A stretch of DNA of 64,000 nt from Phoronis australis (GCA_002633005.1 NMRA01000065.1:304011-368010); one strand, 5' to 3'. Shown: positions 1-14,440, counted from the stretch's first letter. A program made the numbers and translations. The notes: generated by a model from the letters alone, not told the origin.

Positions 1-1690
1 TTATAAAGAGAACAATCAAACACAAAGTGTAACTCATACTCCACAAAGCCAGAGTCACAACACAAGCAAAGTCTTTCCCTATAGAGGAGTGTTTATATAA
101 CGACCAGTTTCCAAGCGCAATGGGAGATTTCCTGCTCTAACCTGAGCCAGAAGAGACCGCTGGGAAAGGGATATATTAATGTTTACATACGGCTCAGTTA
201 AAAACTCGTGCTTGAATAAAATGTAGGTTCTTAGTTACAACAGATTCCGCCCAAGCATGTTTCGTGTATTTAAATAGTTTGTTTCCAGCATCTATTATGT
301 TACAAGTAGTCAAATTTTGAAAACAGGATTGCATGCCAGTTATGTTAAGCAAATTTTTTATTCCGTCTATTCAACCCTTTCTACCAACTGAGTAGTCCCA
401 TAGAAATACCTTCTTCAGTAACCTATCACCACCTGTGGTTACTAGTTTGTTCCAAAGACGCAGCATATTCAATTTAAATCTATTTCCGGTGGAGTCCCAC
501 CCCATATCGCCACTATCAGCATGAGTGACTGACCCCTATATAAAAACGCATCGCTCTGTTTTGGATATTTTCAACATTACCAAAATTTTTGTAACCCCAA
601 ACAGATGACCCGTAATCCAAAGTTGGTGCCACACACGAATTAAATAATGTTTTGAAAGTTTCCAGTCCTAGATTCTTGTTCTCACGGAAAGTTGAGCATA
701 TCTTCCCTAACGCTCTACCAGAAGCTTCAGATAACCCCGTATTCAAATTTTCTTTGAACTCAAGGTGTTGATCCAGAATACTGCCTATATATTAGTATGA
801 GGATTTATAACTGATGACACTGTTCAAAATACATTCAAAATTGCTTCTGGGTATAGACTTAGCTCAAAAATGGACAACATAAGTTTCTGCCATGTTCACA
901 ACCATTCTCCACCTTTTACACCAGTTGTTTAAAACCTTCAACATATCTTGCATGTCATTTTTATTCTCAGAAGCACTGAAATATTGTTCGGGCTACATCG
1001 GACACCTTTACCCAGTTTTTTTAATATCCAGAGCTAAGTCATTCATATATAATGCAAAGAGTGTCGGTGATAAAACGTCCCCCTGACGGACACCATTTTC
1101 AGGAGTGAACCAACCACTATGGAGAGTTCCATTTAATCGTATACAGTTCAACGGACTTCTGTATATCATACGAATTGCATCATACATTCTACCATTAATA
1201 TTATTTTGCAGTAATTTATAAATCAGAAGTTCATGGCTTGTCCAGTCAAAAGATTTTTCATGTCCAGAAATGTCACAAATGTGCAAAGGTTATACATTGT
1301 ACAACTTTCTTGTTTGAATAATTGATGACAGGACATATAAGTAATCAATACAAGACCGTTAGCTTCGAAAACCATTTTGTTCGTCAACTAAAATATTGTT
1401 CTGTTCACAGAAACCCCAAATTCTATTATTCAACACAGCAGTGAAGATTTTATAAATAATGGAAAGGAGACTAATCCCACGGTAGTTCAAAGGTAACCTA
1501 GGGTCGTCTGTAGAATTCTTAGGTATCGGGATTAAAATTGCCTTATACCAGTCAGAAGGAATTAGTCCATGTTTAAAAGATTCATTGAACAATTGGGTTG
1601 GAAAAAACAACAATAGTTTCGAATCTTAACACCTCATAAGGTATACAGTCATATCCTACGGCTTTGTTATTCTTTGTTTTCATGACAATA
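1..1690 (-). mobile_element. Decayed non-LTR retrotransposon (RT plus C-terminal region, RTEX/CR1-group-like); frameshifted and running off the window start
   Basis: Collinear - strand ORF fragments carry RT motifs: 'IPIPK..DPRLPLNYRGISLLS..LVDEQNGFR' (1359-1613), 'GVRQGDVLSPTLFALYMNDL' (1008-1286) and 'LDYGSSVWG..IQNRAMR' (516-746). An 'ETGRY'-type C-terminal motif lies near 100-115. Stops and frameshifts separate the fragments. Confidence 0.85.
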
Positions 1691-2009
1691 TTTCTGTAAT
1701 TTTCATAATAAAAGTACTCAAAAACTGGAATCAGCGAGGTGAATGTAGGAAACATTTACAACTAATAAATGATCATAAAAATATAAACCATAATAACATC
1801 AGTAAAATAGCAGTCTACTCCTATGATTAAAATGAATGTATACACTGTAGCAGTAGACTCCTGGAAGGGCCTTGCTCAACATGTTTCTATCTAATACTAT
1901 TCCACTGAATGTGTTGCCATTTATATTTTTATGATCATTGGTGTAATAAATAATAGCACCACATATTCGACGACAAATAAATGGATAATATCGGAAGGAT
2001 ACAGAGTTT

Positions 2010-4330
2010 TTAATGTTCGAGAATCAAAAATGCCATGGAATGTGATATAAAATTACTTGCGTTTGAATTTTAAACAAAAAACAATTTCAAATCTGAAACA
2101 CATTTTTTAACTGGTGTAATGTGCTGTAAGAATTGACACTGTTCACTCAAATTTCAAAGTCGCTGATGATGATTGATTTTCAGTGTTCTAAAATAAAAAT
2201 GTCATGGAATAATTCTAAAATTCATCATGTCTCAATAAAAATGATAAAATGTGTCAAACGAATGAGTCTAATTGGTACAGTATCCCGAAAATTCATACCA
2301 ATGCGTATCATATAAACTTAGTTTATGTACCAGTTGCGCACAATGTGCCATCATGTACATGTATACTTTGATCTATTCAAGATGGCAGTATGTATTACAT
2401 TCCCATGCTATAATTACTGAGCAAACACTGGGAAAGCCAATATCAGTATGAATATGAAAGGCATCCAAACAGCTATCCAAAATCTTCTCTGTATCAAGAA
2501 TACATCAAACAAATACTGAAACCTGAAAAGTGTTAATGTACTGAACACTGAAAATGTCGTTTCACAGTTAACACAAAATTAATGTTCCAGGCAAGTACTT
2601 ATTCTCCATGATTAGGTGGAAGTTTAAAGTTTCACTCTTTCAAAATGATTTTCCATGACAATCATGCTAGGAATAGATAAGAAAAGTAATTGTGGCTGTC
2701 AAGACAAATGAATTTACAGCTTTGCTGAAAACAAGGCTCTCCAGTCATCTAAGTTAAAAGTTTCATGGGATAATATCTGGAAAACTTCACATGGAACATT
2801 TTTATTAGAGTATAATTCAAACATATGAGTGTAATTGCTAAATTGTGTGATTTTAGAGTGCACATTGTGTCAATTACACTCGTCTGTTTAATTGCTTTTG
2901 ATTGCCAACCGTTCAAAAATATTACATTATATCTATCTATAAGCATACGCTGATTGACCAAGTTTGCATGATATGATCATTCCAGATGCACAAAATAAGT
3001 TTTCGTTATCTTCATAATAAAAACAATCAAAACCTGGGATCAACGGTATGAAGTAACATTCACAACAAATAAAGGGATGATCTCACAGGCGATAAAAGGT
3101 CTCATGTTTGTGTGTCAAAAATGCCGTGGAATGTTGCATGAAATTTCGCACACTTGAATTTTTTAAATCGAAATATTTAAAAGAGACAAGTGTAATTAGC
3201 GTAATGTATCAAATGGATAGACAAATATCCTGGAAAGAATCGTCATCACATCATTGACGATCTTGCAGGGGGTTAAATGTTATGTTCGAGATTCAAAAAT
3301 TCCGTGGCATGTTTCATGAAATTCCTTACATGTGAATTTTATATAATAAACAATTTCAAACAGACAAGCGCAATTGGTGCAATGTGTCATAAGAAGTGGA
3401 ACTTTTCATTCAATTTATACAATGTTGTCAATTATGGTTAGTCTTTTTCGTCAAACTTTTCTCTAAATTTTACATACAAACTATGCAAATGTATTACAGC
3501 ACATCGCTCAATAAAGTTACCTACGCCATTAAATTTGAGTTTGAGTATAACTGTAGAATATGTTCAAATAGTGTTTCATAATCTTCATCATAAAGATACA
3601 CAAGATCTGAGGATAATCTCATAAATTTGACAGTAATGATAATTGAATGGATAGCCTCGTTATTGATGTGTGGTCTTCAATCTTCTAAGATCAAAAGTGA
3701 CATGGAATAATTTATGAATTTCAACATTTGGCTTTTATAGACAATAGAAGAATATATTAGACAGATGAGTCTAATTCGTACATTATCTCTTAAAATTCAT
3801 ACATACATTTCTCGGTTAAAGGACACAGTGTGCCAATTATAACTCGGGCTATTCAATCTGCAGTGGCAGTGAGTTTTTCATCCCGACTCAAGAATCAGTG
3901 TGTCTCAAGAAGTGGCACTTTCCATTCAGTTTATACAATGTTGCCAACTACACTGTCTGCTTTATACACTTTTGTCTTAATTTCACATGACAACTATGTA
4001 AATGTTTTACATCACATCACTCAATAAGGTTGTGTACGTCACTGAATTTAAGTCTGAGTTTGAGTTTGAGTGTAATTGTAAAAGATGTTTAAATGGTGTT
4101 CCATGATCTTCATATCAAAGATACACAAGAGCTAACGAATGTGACAGTTAAAACAATTGAATGGATAACCTTGGTGTTGATATACCGTCTTGAATGTTCT
4201 TAGATCAAAAAGGAAATGGAATTTTACATTAAATTCCTCAATGTGACTTTTTGAAAATGATGAATCATTTAAAACGAACCAGTGTTATTAGTGCAATATG
4301 TCATAAGAGGTGGTGCCTGTTATTAAAATT
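2010..4330. repeat. Degenerate array of AT-rich repeat units
   Basis: Variants of 'tcaaaa(a)tgcc(a/g)tggaat...aaatt...aattggtg..aatgtgtcataag' recur near 2024, 2195, 3113, 3292, 3690 and 4203. 3370-3790 resembles 3900-4320. Confidence 0.6.
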
Positions 4331-5288
4331 GCAGAATATTCGAATTACGTAATTTTACTTACTTTTTTATCTATATAATTTCACAGTTCTGCCTGAAGCA
4401 GTTTATCACCTATGATCAAAAATGTTTGGATGTATCCAATTTTGTGCAAGTCCCGAAAATGAACATTTTTCATACAAATTAATTAGCGCAAGTCAATGAA
4501 TTTGCCGCTTTGCTCGACCCAGTTGGTAGGCAATCGGCCAATACCCATTTGGTATTATGTACCCATTTGGTACTATGCTAACCTGTGCCACTTAGTATCC
4601 GATACTCAGTTACACTTTGGGTATCGGAAATGTGTGTGTGTTATCTCTTGTAATTAAGGAACCCATCTGGTTCCTTCTGTGAAATATTTATTTGTAGAGC
4701 TGTGACCCTGAAATTCCCAATACAACTTAAAATATTTATTATTCTTGTTGTTTTATTTGTCCCCAATAAGCAAAAATGTGATACAATTGTGTTGACTATT
4801 TATGTCTTTTGCTGATAATTTGGCTTTCAGTGACCATAGTGTTCTAAACATTATCTATTGATAATTAGACATCATACTTTAATGTTTAAGACAGTCAACT
4901 GTTTTGTTAAACAATAATTTTTCAGTAACTGCAGCTAAATTCTGTCTCGAAACTCATTATACCTTTTTGTTGTGAAAAACCCATGTCACAAAATGTAGTG
5001 TTTTATGCCATGTACCCTTTGTATTGTAACATGGCACAACTGAAGAACTCTCACATGGAACATTCAAATTTCACATATTAGAACGCAATGTTCCATGGAG
5101 AAAAGCCATTTGTCATATGGAACTTGAGTTTTTGAACATTAATCACAGCTAATTAAAAACTCGTTTTGCCAAAATAAATATTGAAATGAAATCACAACTA
5201 CAAAAGCTATTTATTGCATCTACTTTCATTTGAATTGAGCGAAAATTTATGAGATTTTTTGAAAATCTCATATTATTTTGGAATGCGT

Positions 5289-5450
5289 TATTTATACCCA
5301 GTTGAAGAATGGTGCATTAACTGTCGAGTATTACCTTTTGACGTATCGCCATGCAGACCCGCAGACAAAGTGGTCGTCCGGACCAGCCTGTGAGTATCAC
5401 AGGGGTGTCGGGGGAGGGCGTCGCTGATACTGACTTCATACTTTATGTGT
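5289..5450 (+). pseudogene. Ectopic copy of the LMLN intron-4 end plus the 5' half of exon 5
   Basis: By-eye alignment to 19615-19776 gives about 13 substitutions in 162 nt, no indels, and the acceptor AG is included. Confidence 0.9.
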
Positions 5451-8400
5451 GTAATTTTTATACTTTAACATGAAAAAACGACACTGCGGCTATTCGATGC
5501 ACTAGTTGGTGTACCTATGCTCAAACAACGCCCGGATTTTATGCGCATGCGAAATTCCCCGCATGTCTTACTTATACGAAAAATAAGTACGTACTTGTAT
5601 TTTTTAAAAATATGAAGCAGGGTTATTAATGAATCATCAACCACAGTACATTCATCAAATCTATGTCGAAATTGCATCATTTCAGAGCGATCCTGTCATC
5701 TACGCAAACACCGCTGGGCAAATTTGGCCAGATACAGCCCGATGATTAGGTGATGCGCTTTGAATCAGAATCAAATTCAAAATTATTTCTAACTTAGTTA
5801 TCATTGCAGTTAGTAATACCAGTAGCTGGAACATTTTTGATGTTGTCTATCTGTGTACTATCTTTAACGGATAGGCTGGGGGTGGACCTTTTCCTCAGGG
5901 GGCTCGATCGAAACCCCACCCAATTCTTCTGGCTACGGGCTTGAAATATATAGCTAATAAAATGGCTGACAATGTGTTTATTTTATGCGTTGAAAGTAAC
6001 ATGTTTTGTGAATATTTGACGAAGTTTTATTCTCATAGCAGTATGGGCAGATTTGATATATCAGTGTATTAAACGTAACCTCAAAACGGTATAACGAGGG
6101 CCGGGTAGTGTAGGTGTAGTAAAACTTCTAAATGAGAATGGTAAATCAGTAACTTTTTTCAAGACATCTGTATAACAACCTATTGGCATCACTAAACAAT
6201 ACCTAGTGAATAATAGTTCAATAGCTTTCATTCAATGAAAAATACGCACTGTCAAAATTAGACAGTTTTTACAGTGTGAAAACGTGGCTGGGAAGCCGTA
6301 AAATGTGTTTCAGGCTATAACTTTGGTGGAACGTGATATTTTTGGGAAATATTTTACTGCTGTTTATAGATCCCATAAGACTACCTATGTTAAAATTTGG
6401 TGCAAATCCTGATCGGTTGACCCCCACCTTGCCACTGGATAACTCACTGATCTCGTGGACGGTTATTTAATATCCAAAGATTATGGTACTACGTATTCTA
6501 TCACGCATTGCTGAGCCTGATAGTCAAATAAATTACGCAGAAGTGTGCACGTTATGTGCATGAGACCCACCCGTGACACATGACGGAAAAATACTGAGGC
6601 GATAAGTTTGTTTCGGAAATAGTGGATTTATTTTCATTTTTTCGAAATTTGTTATATGGAATTCAGAGACCACTGAGTTACCAAAATGTGGACTTTTCAC
6701 AATGAAAATCACGAGTTTAGGCATTTGCAACTGTTGCGTAATAGTAAGGAAGGACTCTTCACGCTTTTCTTTACGGCGAGTCGTGACTTATGATGGCTTT
6801 AAGTTAGTTACTCCTGGACTGACAATCTAAAGGTATTTACTTTAATTACGGCTTGACATAAGAAAATGTGCTCATCATTGACCTCCATCAGTGTACCACA
6901 AACAAGTGCTTCTAAGAACGCAGTGGCACTTGAAGATGGACGGAGAAATGGCCGACCGAAACGTCGTGCCAAGTAATAGGCACATGAAAAATTTTTCATG
7001 ACAGAATAATGAATTTTCTTGACGCTTTAATTCATGTGCCTGAAGTTTAATTAACACAAAATTGTACGTACATGTATACTCATACAAATCACCGCCATCA
7101 TAATGAAGTCTATAAAACCAATGTTGACTTGTGAATGAATCAATAGAAAAGACTTCGTTCCCGACTTTACTGAACTGTCTCCTGTTGATAAGCATATCAA
7201 GGTTTTGTTGTTAATATTATATGTAGTATGTTTGCAACCACACTCTTATTTGATGTTATTTTAGCATACGGTCATGAAGATTTTTTCAATGTTGTGATAA
7301 TACCGTTTCTATTTTGTTTTCTAGATGGCCACACAGAAAGTTGCGTTCTTCCTCTCTTTGTTAGTTGTCACAGCTGTGGTAGCTGCAATGTAAGTATATA
7401 CACCACAAAACGATTTTGTGAAACAAGCGTTTGCCCCAACCGAAAATGTCTGGGGGATATCGTTACCACCAACCATTTTAGCCACCCCATCCAAACAGTT
7501 TATATGCGCCCCTCCGTAGGTGTCCATTTTCTTAAAACGACTTTTTAAGCGAACTCATCGAGGTTAATATTCTCTGAATTTTCGTTTTCGTGCCTTCCGC
7601 AATACCTCTGGGATTTTCTAAGCCTCATATTATCCTTCTAAGGTATTCATATCTGCGCATGTGCAAATCACTACAGCACATCAAGAGGCTTTTAACATTG
7701 AGAATGCGTCGCGAGTTAAGGTTATCTCCAACCTTATTTAGTGACCTCTATTCTAACTCGTATATCAAAAACTAAGCTTTGTCAACTAGTGAATTTTTTA
7801 TTTTGTGAAAGAAAAAGGATTAGGAAATATGAAAATACTTTTTGTATTAATGTATCATTTTCATTTTTACGTAAAAATCTGTTTTAATTCAAATTTTTTT
7901 ACGAAAGGTACATTCATAGCAAAATAACCCCTAGGTCGATTTTAATGAAACTTTTCTTAAATGAAAACTTTCACCAGTTACCTCAAAAACGCTTTTAGGA
8001 AATTTCGATTAGTCTTTTCGTTTGGTTTCTATGACAAATCAACTCGCTAAACGTACGGTATCTTTGTAAAAACGGAAGTCGTATTAGTCAAATATTGCGC
8101 AAAAAGTAGGCCTTTATATCTGAAAGCCTAACAGGGTTTTTGAGACTGATGACTAAATATTAAATTTCGAAAGTTTCAGCGAAATCCATCGAGCTGTTTT
8201 CGAGAAGTCGTGTCCCCCCGGGTGCGTCCATGGTCCAATATGTCTTTAAGGGTTTGTGACCAAGTTATCTGTGGCTTTTTAGCAACGAAGAAACACAAAA
8301 AGTGACTACAAGATTAATAGTTTGCATTTTACAAAGTGGACACCCATTCAAAGATTTATTAATATAGCCAGGTTACTAATAATAGAACAGGATCGAAGGA

Positions 8401-9979
8401 AGGGAAACCCCAAGAATACTACACCCCACAATGTTAAATTGAGATGGTAGATCTGTAGCCTGGCAAGCTTTTAAAATAAATCTGCAATTGTCTTACTTGA
8501 GGAAAGTCAACATTTTTGTATTCTGTTCTGTTTATGGTCTTCTGATACTTACAGTGTATTAATGCCTGGGTATATATATATTTATTTTGTGTCGGGGTGT
8601 TGTCATAAAAATGTATTAGTAACATAATTGTGTGCTAGTAAATGTTGGATTCAACTGAATTGAGGGATTAACTTAGAGTTGGTTGAAATCTGACTTTTGC
8701 AGAAGTGGAGTGCATGTATGGTACCAGTACGGTACAGCAACTGTACCTGCAAGACATTGCCCTTTAACTGTCACGGTGTGATTTTACTGCGTGATGGGGG
8801 TACTTTGAAACAAATATATTTTGAAATAAATCAAAACTTTATTGTTTAATATGGTTACAGTATCTCAATATGTTGTCTCTGTGTGAACATTTTTGAGTGG
8901 TGTAAAATTAATAATGGTAAATATTAATAATGCAAACGCCTTCTTAAAACTAGTTCCGCGGCGTGTCAAGTTGTTTTACAGCAGAGTCTATAACACAACA
9001 TTTTGAACTGTGATACCATGTCGTTTCAAACTGTACAAATTATAAGTTCTCCACGCTAAGATGAATAAGGTACTAGGACAAGTAATACCAGGAAGTGGTT
9101 ATCTCTTCCTGATAATACTAAATGTAATTATTATTCCTTGGTATAACGTGAAGTAGACAATTCCAAACACCTGTCTGGAAACTGGGTCTGTGCAAATGCA
9201 TACGTCGACCTCCGGCTTCAGCCGCCCAAGCAGCGGTGTTCACAGGCACACGCGGGTAACCGCTGAATATGTGCGTGCCTTACCAACCAGTACAGGGTGT
9301 TTTTTGGTGTCGTGCATTCTTCTTTTTTCATTGAAATACTTATGTTAACATATCACTTTTAATAACTCTATTGTTTTGCAAAATTTTGCGGCCAACTTTT
9401 ATTCAAACTGGCTTAGGCCATCAATTCCGATTACGCACATGTACACAAACATGTACAGTCATATTGGTCAATTGTTGAATACAATGAATGACACGAACGC
9501 ATGCCTCAAATCTTTTTGTTAGAATTAATAAAGTGGCGTCGGGTCAAGGAATTTTTAGCTGATCGTCTTGTCGGTATATAAACAACCGGAACTGAAAAAT
9601 ATGTACTACACAGTTATAGCTACAAAAAAACTTAATCACTGCATAATACCATTTTCTAAACCTTACACATTTCAATGATTGTCTTCTCGACTGAGCCGGC
9701 AAAATCTCCCAGGCCCTAGCAGCAATCCGTGAGAATTTTAGCCAAAGCATTAGAAATTTTGTCTTTGCAATATATGCAATGCGTAGGTCACAGGTTTACA
9801 TTGCTTTAAGTTGCCAAAATTTTAGAACCTCGCTAGCATTTAAAATTTCAAATTTTATTCCGAAAATTCCCCGGCTTCCATAAGGCCATCGTGCTTTTAT
9901 TTACATAGCGTTCATCATATATATGGCGAACCCCGTGCCACGCGCTGTCTGGCTTGCGAGTATGGTCGTGTCGTCTCTC

Positions 9980-11270
9980 TAGACATAGCTCATTGGGTGT
10001 GATAGTCAGGTTCCAATTTCAAAAAGGCCTCCGAATATGGTGTCGAGGGAATTTGGGGCTAATGCAGATCTAACGATTGATTTTAATTAATTTTGGGGTA
10101 CTGAATCCAAAACAAAAGGTATTCTGAGCTGTATTTTGCCTGCATAACCCCCAAATCCAAGGTGGCTGCCATCGGCCATATTGAAATTGGCAAGCCCCAA
10201 TAAATGTGTTTTAAAATGAGTATGATACATCAAATTATAGGTTTTCAAGTGTAATAAAATCGATTCTGATATTATATTTGTGATTAGAGGTCAAGGTCAC
10301 GCGAAAAGGTCAAGGTCACATTATGCCGCACATGTTCCACTGGAAAGTCAGATGCAATGGGTTACCAGCAAACAAGCCTTTGATTTTTCAGTTTCATTTT
10401 TATTACAGCTACACGAACACTGTTTTCAACAATAACATGTTTCTTATAAAGATTATAGCAAGTCAAACACAAAATTTTCCGTAAAAAGTTTCTTAGAACG
10501 TTAAATAATAAAGAAAGCATGACAAATGTGGTTCTGCATGGAGCAATCTTGCTTTCTGGGTGAAAGGGCCAAAGTCGAACTCTTCTTGATTCATTATCAT
10601 CACTATGAGATTAGCTTAAAGGGTAATGTCATTTCACAAGTGTTAAAATAACCATCAACTCAATCATTTCTCAATCACTGGCATTCTGGCAATGTGTCTG
10701 AGAGACCATAGACTTTCACGCATCAATCCACCATAGTCCAACTTGTCGACAACCACAGCACAGGCTGGAACAGCCCTGTTGCATCTACATGTTGTTAGTT
10801 TTATGTGGGACTCTTGAATTGGTGGTGGCGTCATCAACAAAGGTATTGTGTGCTCGCCTGCCAACATCCAACCAGAAAGAGCGGTGTGTGGGAGTTCCTG
10901 AATGCTCTTGTCAGTCTGTCTCCAAACAGCTGCCTGGTAGTTATCTCGTTGTATGTGCCACGGGGCAGCGTCAGACGACGGCAGCAAAGACTCATGGGAG
11001 ACACCTTTGCTAAATAAAGCCACACGAGCTTCATCGCAGCCATCTTGCTTGCGCACAACATAAATATGGCAGATAAACTCTTCAGCTTGAGATGCCGCCT
11101 GTGGTGCAAGGTTTTTCCTCCCGAGGTATTTTAAGAGAGCATGGTGTTCCATAAACGCGTTCCAGGTGGTCTCTTTTCATTGTCCGTGAAGCTGGGAAAC
11201 TATGACACAGCCTGCTANTTTGGCGCTGTCTTGGGCCCATTTCAACGCTCCATGTTGTTCTTGCTAAAAA
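9980..11270 (-). mobile_element. Academ(X)-like DNA transposon remnant: C-terminal XPG-like and Cys-rich part of the transposase plus one terminus
   Basis: ORF 10664-11152 reads 'EEFICHIY..DEARVALF..LLPSSDA..HIQRDNYQAAVW..GW..PLLMT.PP..L.TCRC'. It is preceded in frame by a decayed 'AGCVIVSQLHGQ*KETTWNAF' (GCDTVS-F-G-GK-type motif). A candidate terminus 'TAGACATAG' lies at 9980, with subterminal 'aggtcaaggtca' repeats. The superfamily call is from recalled protein architecture. Confidence 0.6.
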
Positions 11271-12912
11271 TTAAAATTAAATGTTCCATTTCCGAACGAA
11301 ACACATTGACTATTGTCTTAGTAATTTCCGCCAGGTGTCACAGCTAGATTAACTGTACATAACGTCCCCACGTTTGTGTAATTTGTGTGAATATCAGACT
11401 CAATAATGCTTGTCTTTTTAAACAAAATATATAATTAACCGATAATCTTGAGAAGTTAACTATTACTGCGCATTTTCGTGTTAGATGTGAACAAAAATCA
11501 CAGATGCCAAAAACAAATGGTACTGTGAGATTTTCGAACAACTTAAAAGAATTTTTTGACAAAAATCGTTCAGGTATCGGTTTTCACATTTGCAAACAAG
11601 CTTTCAACAATAAATAGCTAAATCGTTTGAGGTACCACCACTAAAGAACCCGAAAAATTATCAGTCGCAATGGAACTCAAACTCCGCAAGGCTAATTTTA
11701 CCCAACAAAACTCAATGTCTGATTGCAAAGTCTTCAAGAGAGCCCAGAATATCCTGACATTCGGTCCCTCGTCGGCGAGCATCTGTTTCCATTAGCTGCA
11801 TGTGTGCCTAAGGTCCGTTTTAGTTGCAGCAAGTTGCAGCCGAATCGGTTAAACGACTGTGCATGTCCAAATATTAGTCAGCGCAAAGCCTACTGGGATT
11901 GATAGATGTAACAGGAATGGCCGATTGCTCAATTGCGGCCTGTAGGTCTGTGCATAATAAATATTATACTACGAATGTCCATTTCCATGTACAACTTTGT
12001 GGCATTTCGTGAATGTGATCTGTCAGTTTTTTAAAGAAAAGGAATCAACACATTCCTATTCTTCACCAAAAAGGGCGCACTGGCAGTGATTCGAAACTGA
12101 CGCTTATTTTGACTGATCAGTCCACCTATTCCGTACTAATGCGCCCATCTAAAACGACTCTACTGCATATCCAATGTTTTCCACCATCGTGAACAGGAGC
12201 GCCCTCTTTTATATATGTACGCACTGTGCGTTGGCAGGGATTTCCTAGGGGTCCAGGAAGGATTTAATCTCCACAATTCAGACTCAAATTCAAGATTTCC
12301 TTCTTAACAAAATCCTATACATAATGCGTAAAACATGAGCCATATTCATACCTCGTCTGCCGAAAAGTCTGACTACCTTGCGAGCGTTACACTAGATTTG
12401 ACATCGGATCCTATTCCCCGATCCTGTCTAGACATATTTTCAATGAAATCACTACATTGAGAATGATTATTAGACCTAGTACGATCAAATAAATACAATC
12501 AAAATAATCGCCAGCTACTTGCACCACTCTTGCTTTTTCAACCAGTAAAAATCGGTCATTGAGTTGATTGACGGGTAACGCAACTGAATCTCGGGACCGG
12601 TGGATATTTTCGACAAAGCTCCCATCCCTAAAAAAGCGCACGTGGAGGCTATTTTGGAAAATTGGGAAGAGATTGCACCCTCGGCCATTTGTTCGGGAAC
12701 AAAAGGTGACTTGAAAACATTGTTTGCGATACCGCGCTCAGGGCCCTTTTAAACGAACAAAACGCTACTTGAATTTCCGCCTAGGGTGCTTTATTCGATA
12801 AATGTCCAAGGTAAACCAAAGCTAGTTACAACTTTGCCCACGTGAAATGACTATGAATTTGGATCACTGGTTTCTATAGATTATTCGAAAATTACAAGAA
12901 ATAATAACATGT

Positions 12913-13140
12913 GGCCCCTTCCAAGAAAACTGACTTAGTTAAGACAAATCTTAAATTCCAGTCAATTTTACGATAAAACTTAAATTTATCTCAAGACCGT
13001 TTCAAGAAAGAGAAGTTAAGCTTGACTTGTAAATTTTTTTTGCTTACGTAACAGATGTAGAATTTTCAAAGTTTGCGGAAGTTGAGACAATTCGTCAAGC
13101 CAATGAATGAACTTAAGTCAGTTTCCGCTTGGAACGGACA
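12913..13140. mobile_element. Small MITE-like element
   Basis: Imperfect terminal inverted repeats 'ccttccaagaaaactgactta' / 'taagtcagtttccgcttggaacgg'. Confidence 0.4.
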
Positions 13141-14323
13141 TTGTGAAGGTAGGACTTAATTGAAGAATCATCACACTCAAACTCTCATGGCTTCCTTGCG
13201 ATTGCTCCACAAATTTACCTACAATATCGTGGAGGAAAGTAGTGGCATCTTTTTCACATCAGAGTCAGTATACGAGTTCATTATTGATTATACATTCAAT
13301 CGGGAATACCAAAGTAAGACTTATCACTCACGAAGTTCTGTCAAGATTGCAACACACCGCGACTTCTCCGACTTTGAGGCCGGCCCCGCTCGTTTAGCCC
13401 GGGCAATAATGAATTCTTAACACAAGCGATTTGGAGTTCAAAGATCATGTGAGACAAGATTGTTCGGCATTTAGCCAAAGACCTACAAACAATACAATTA
13501 TTTAACTCATCAAAAGTATTATTTTTATAGTTCGACTGAAAAAATTGTACATGTAGGGTTTGATTTTTAACTTGATACTAATGTGCTGTTAATTAGATAA
13601 CGTGTAAGACTAAAGGTACGTTCACCGCAAAACAGCAGGATCAATGACATGAGGAGTTTCGTAATATATTGTTAAGGATAGGCTAAAAGGCAATTAGGCC
13701 TATCTATACATGAGGTCGTTTTATGAAGCTTTTATTTTTCATCAAAATTGCGTAAGTCCTATTTTGATAACCTCTCGTGCAAAGGTGGAACATTTTAAAA
13801 CCACTCCAAACTCTGTACGAAGCATAGTGCCAGCTTTTTTTGTCGAAGGCCGGCGACCATGATTCCGCCGGAGATATGTTGTAGTTCCGAAGTTGTCCCT
13901 AAAAATTACACAACTTTCTAGAGTACTAAATTACTACGCTCATCCGATCTTGAATTATATGAGACGGTAATTCAAACCACAGGCAATGAGCACATGCTCA
14001 ATTTCGTTCGAGTGAATGCGAGTCGGCAATGGTTTTATTATTTCCAACCGAATCCCTACTGGGATAGAATCTTTCCAGCTTCCAGCGTATGCATAAGAGG
14101 TTTACTGTGACGAGGGGACCAATCTGTGCCTTTGCAATTGGTGGGAGGGCCAAGCTTCGTGGCTAAGTTGCCCGACGTCATAAAGTCTAACATGAGCAAA
14201 AATAAACCATCTATACTGCCTGCTAGTCTTGGATGTCCACGAGAGGGCGACAATGGAACGGAAATGCTTTATCGTCTTCATTCACGAAAGACCTCTGCTG
14301 CTTGAACGAGCTAGAAAACAACA

Positions 14324-14440
14324 ATGGCAGGTCATGTACGGTTGAAATGTCTGATTTCGATAGCCATTATATGTTATTTTGGTTTTAAAGAAATCACATG
14401 TCGACATTTATGTAACCACAAGATTCCAAAGAAACACGAG
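14324..14440 (+). CDS. LMLN: LMLN exon 1 ([39 protein letters not shown])
   Basis: ATG in 'acaATGg' context, signal-peptide-like segment, donor gtactc, phase 0. Confidence 0.85.
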
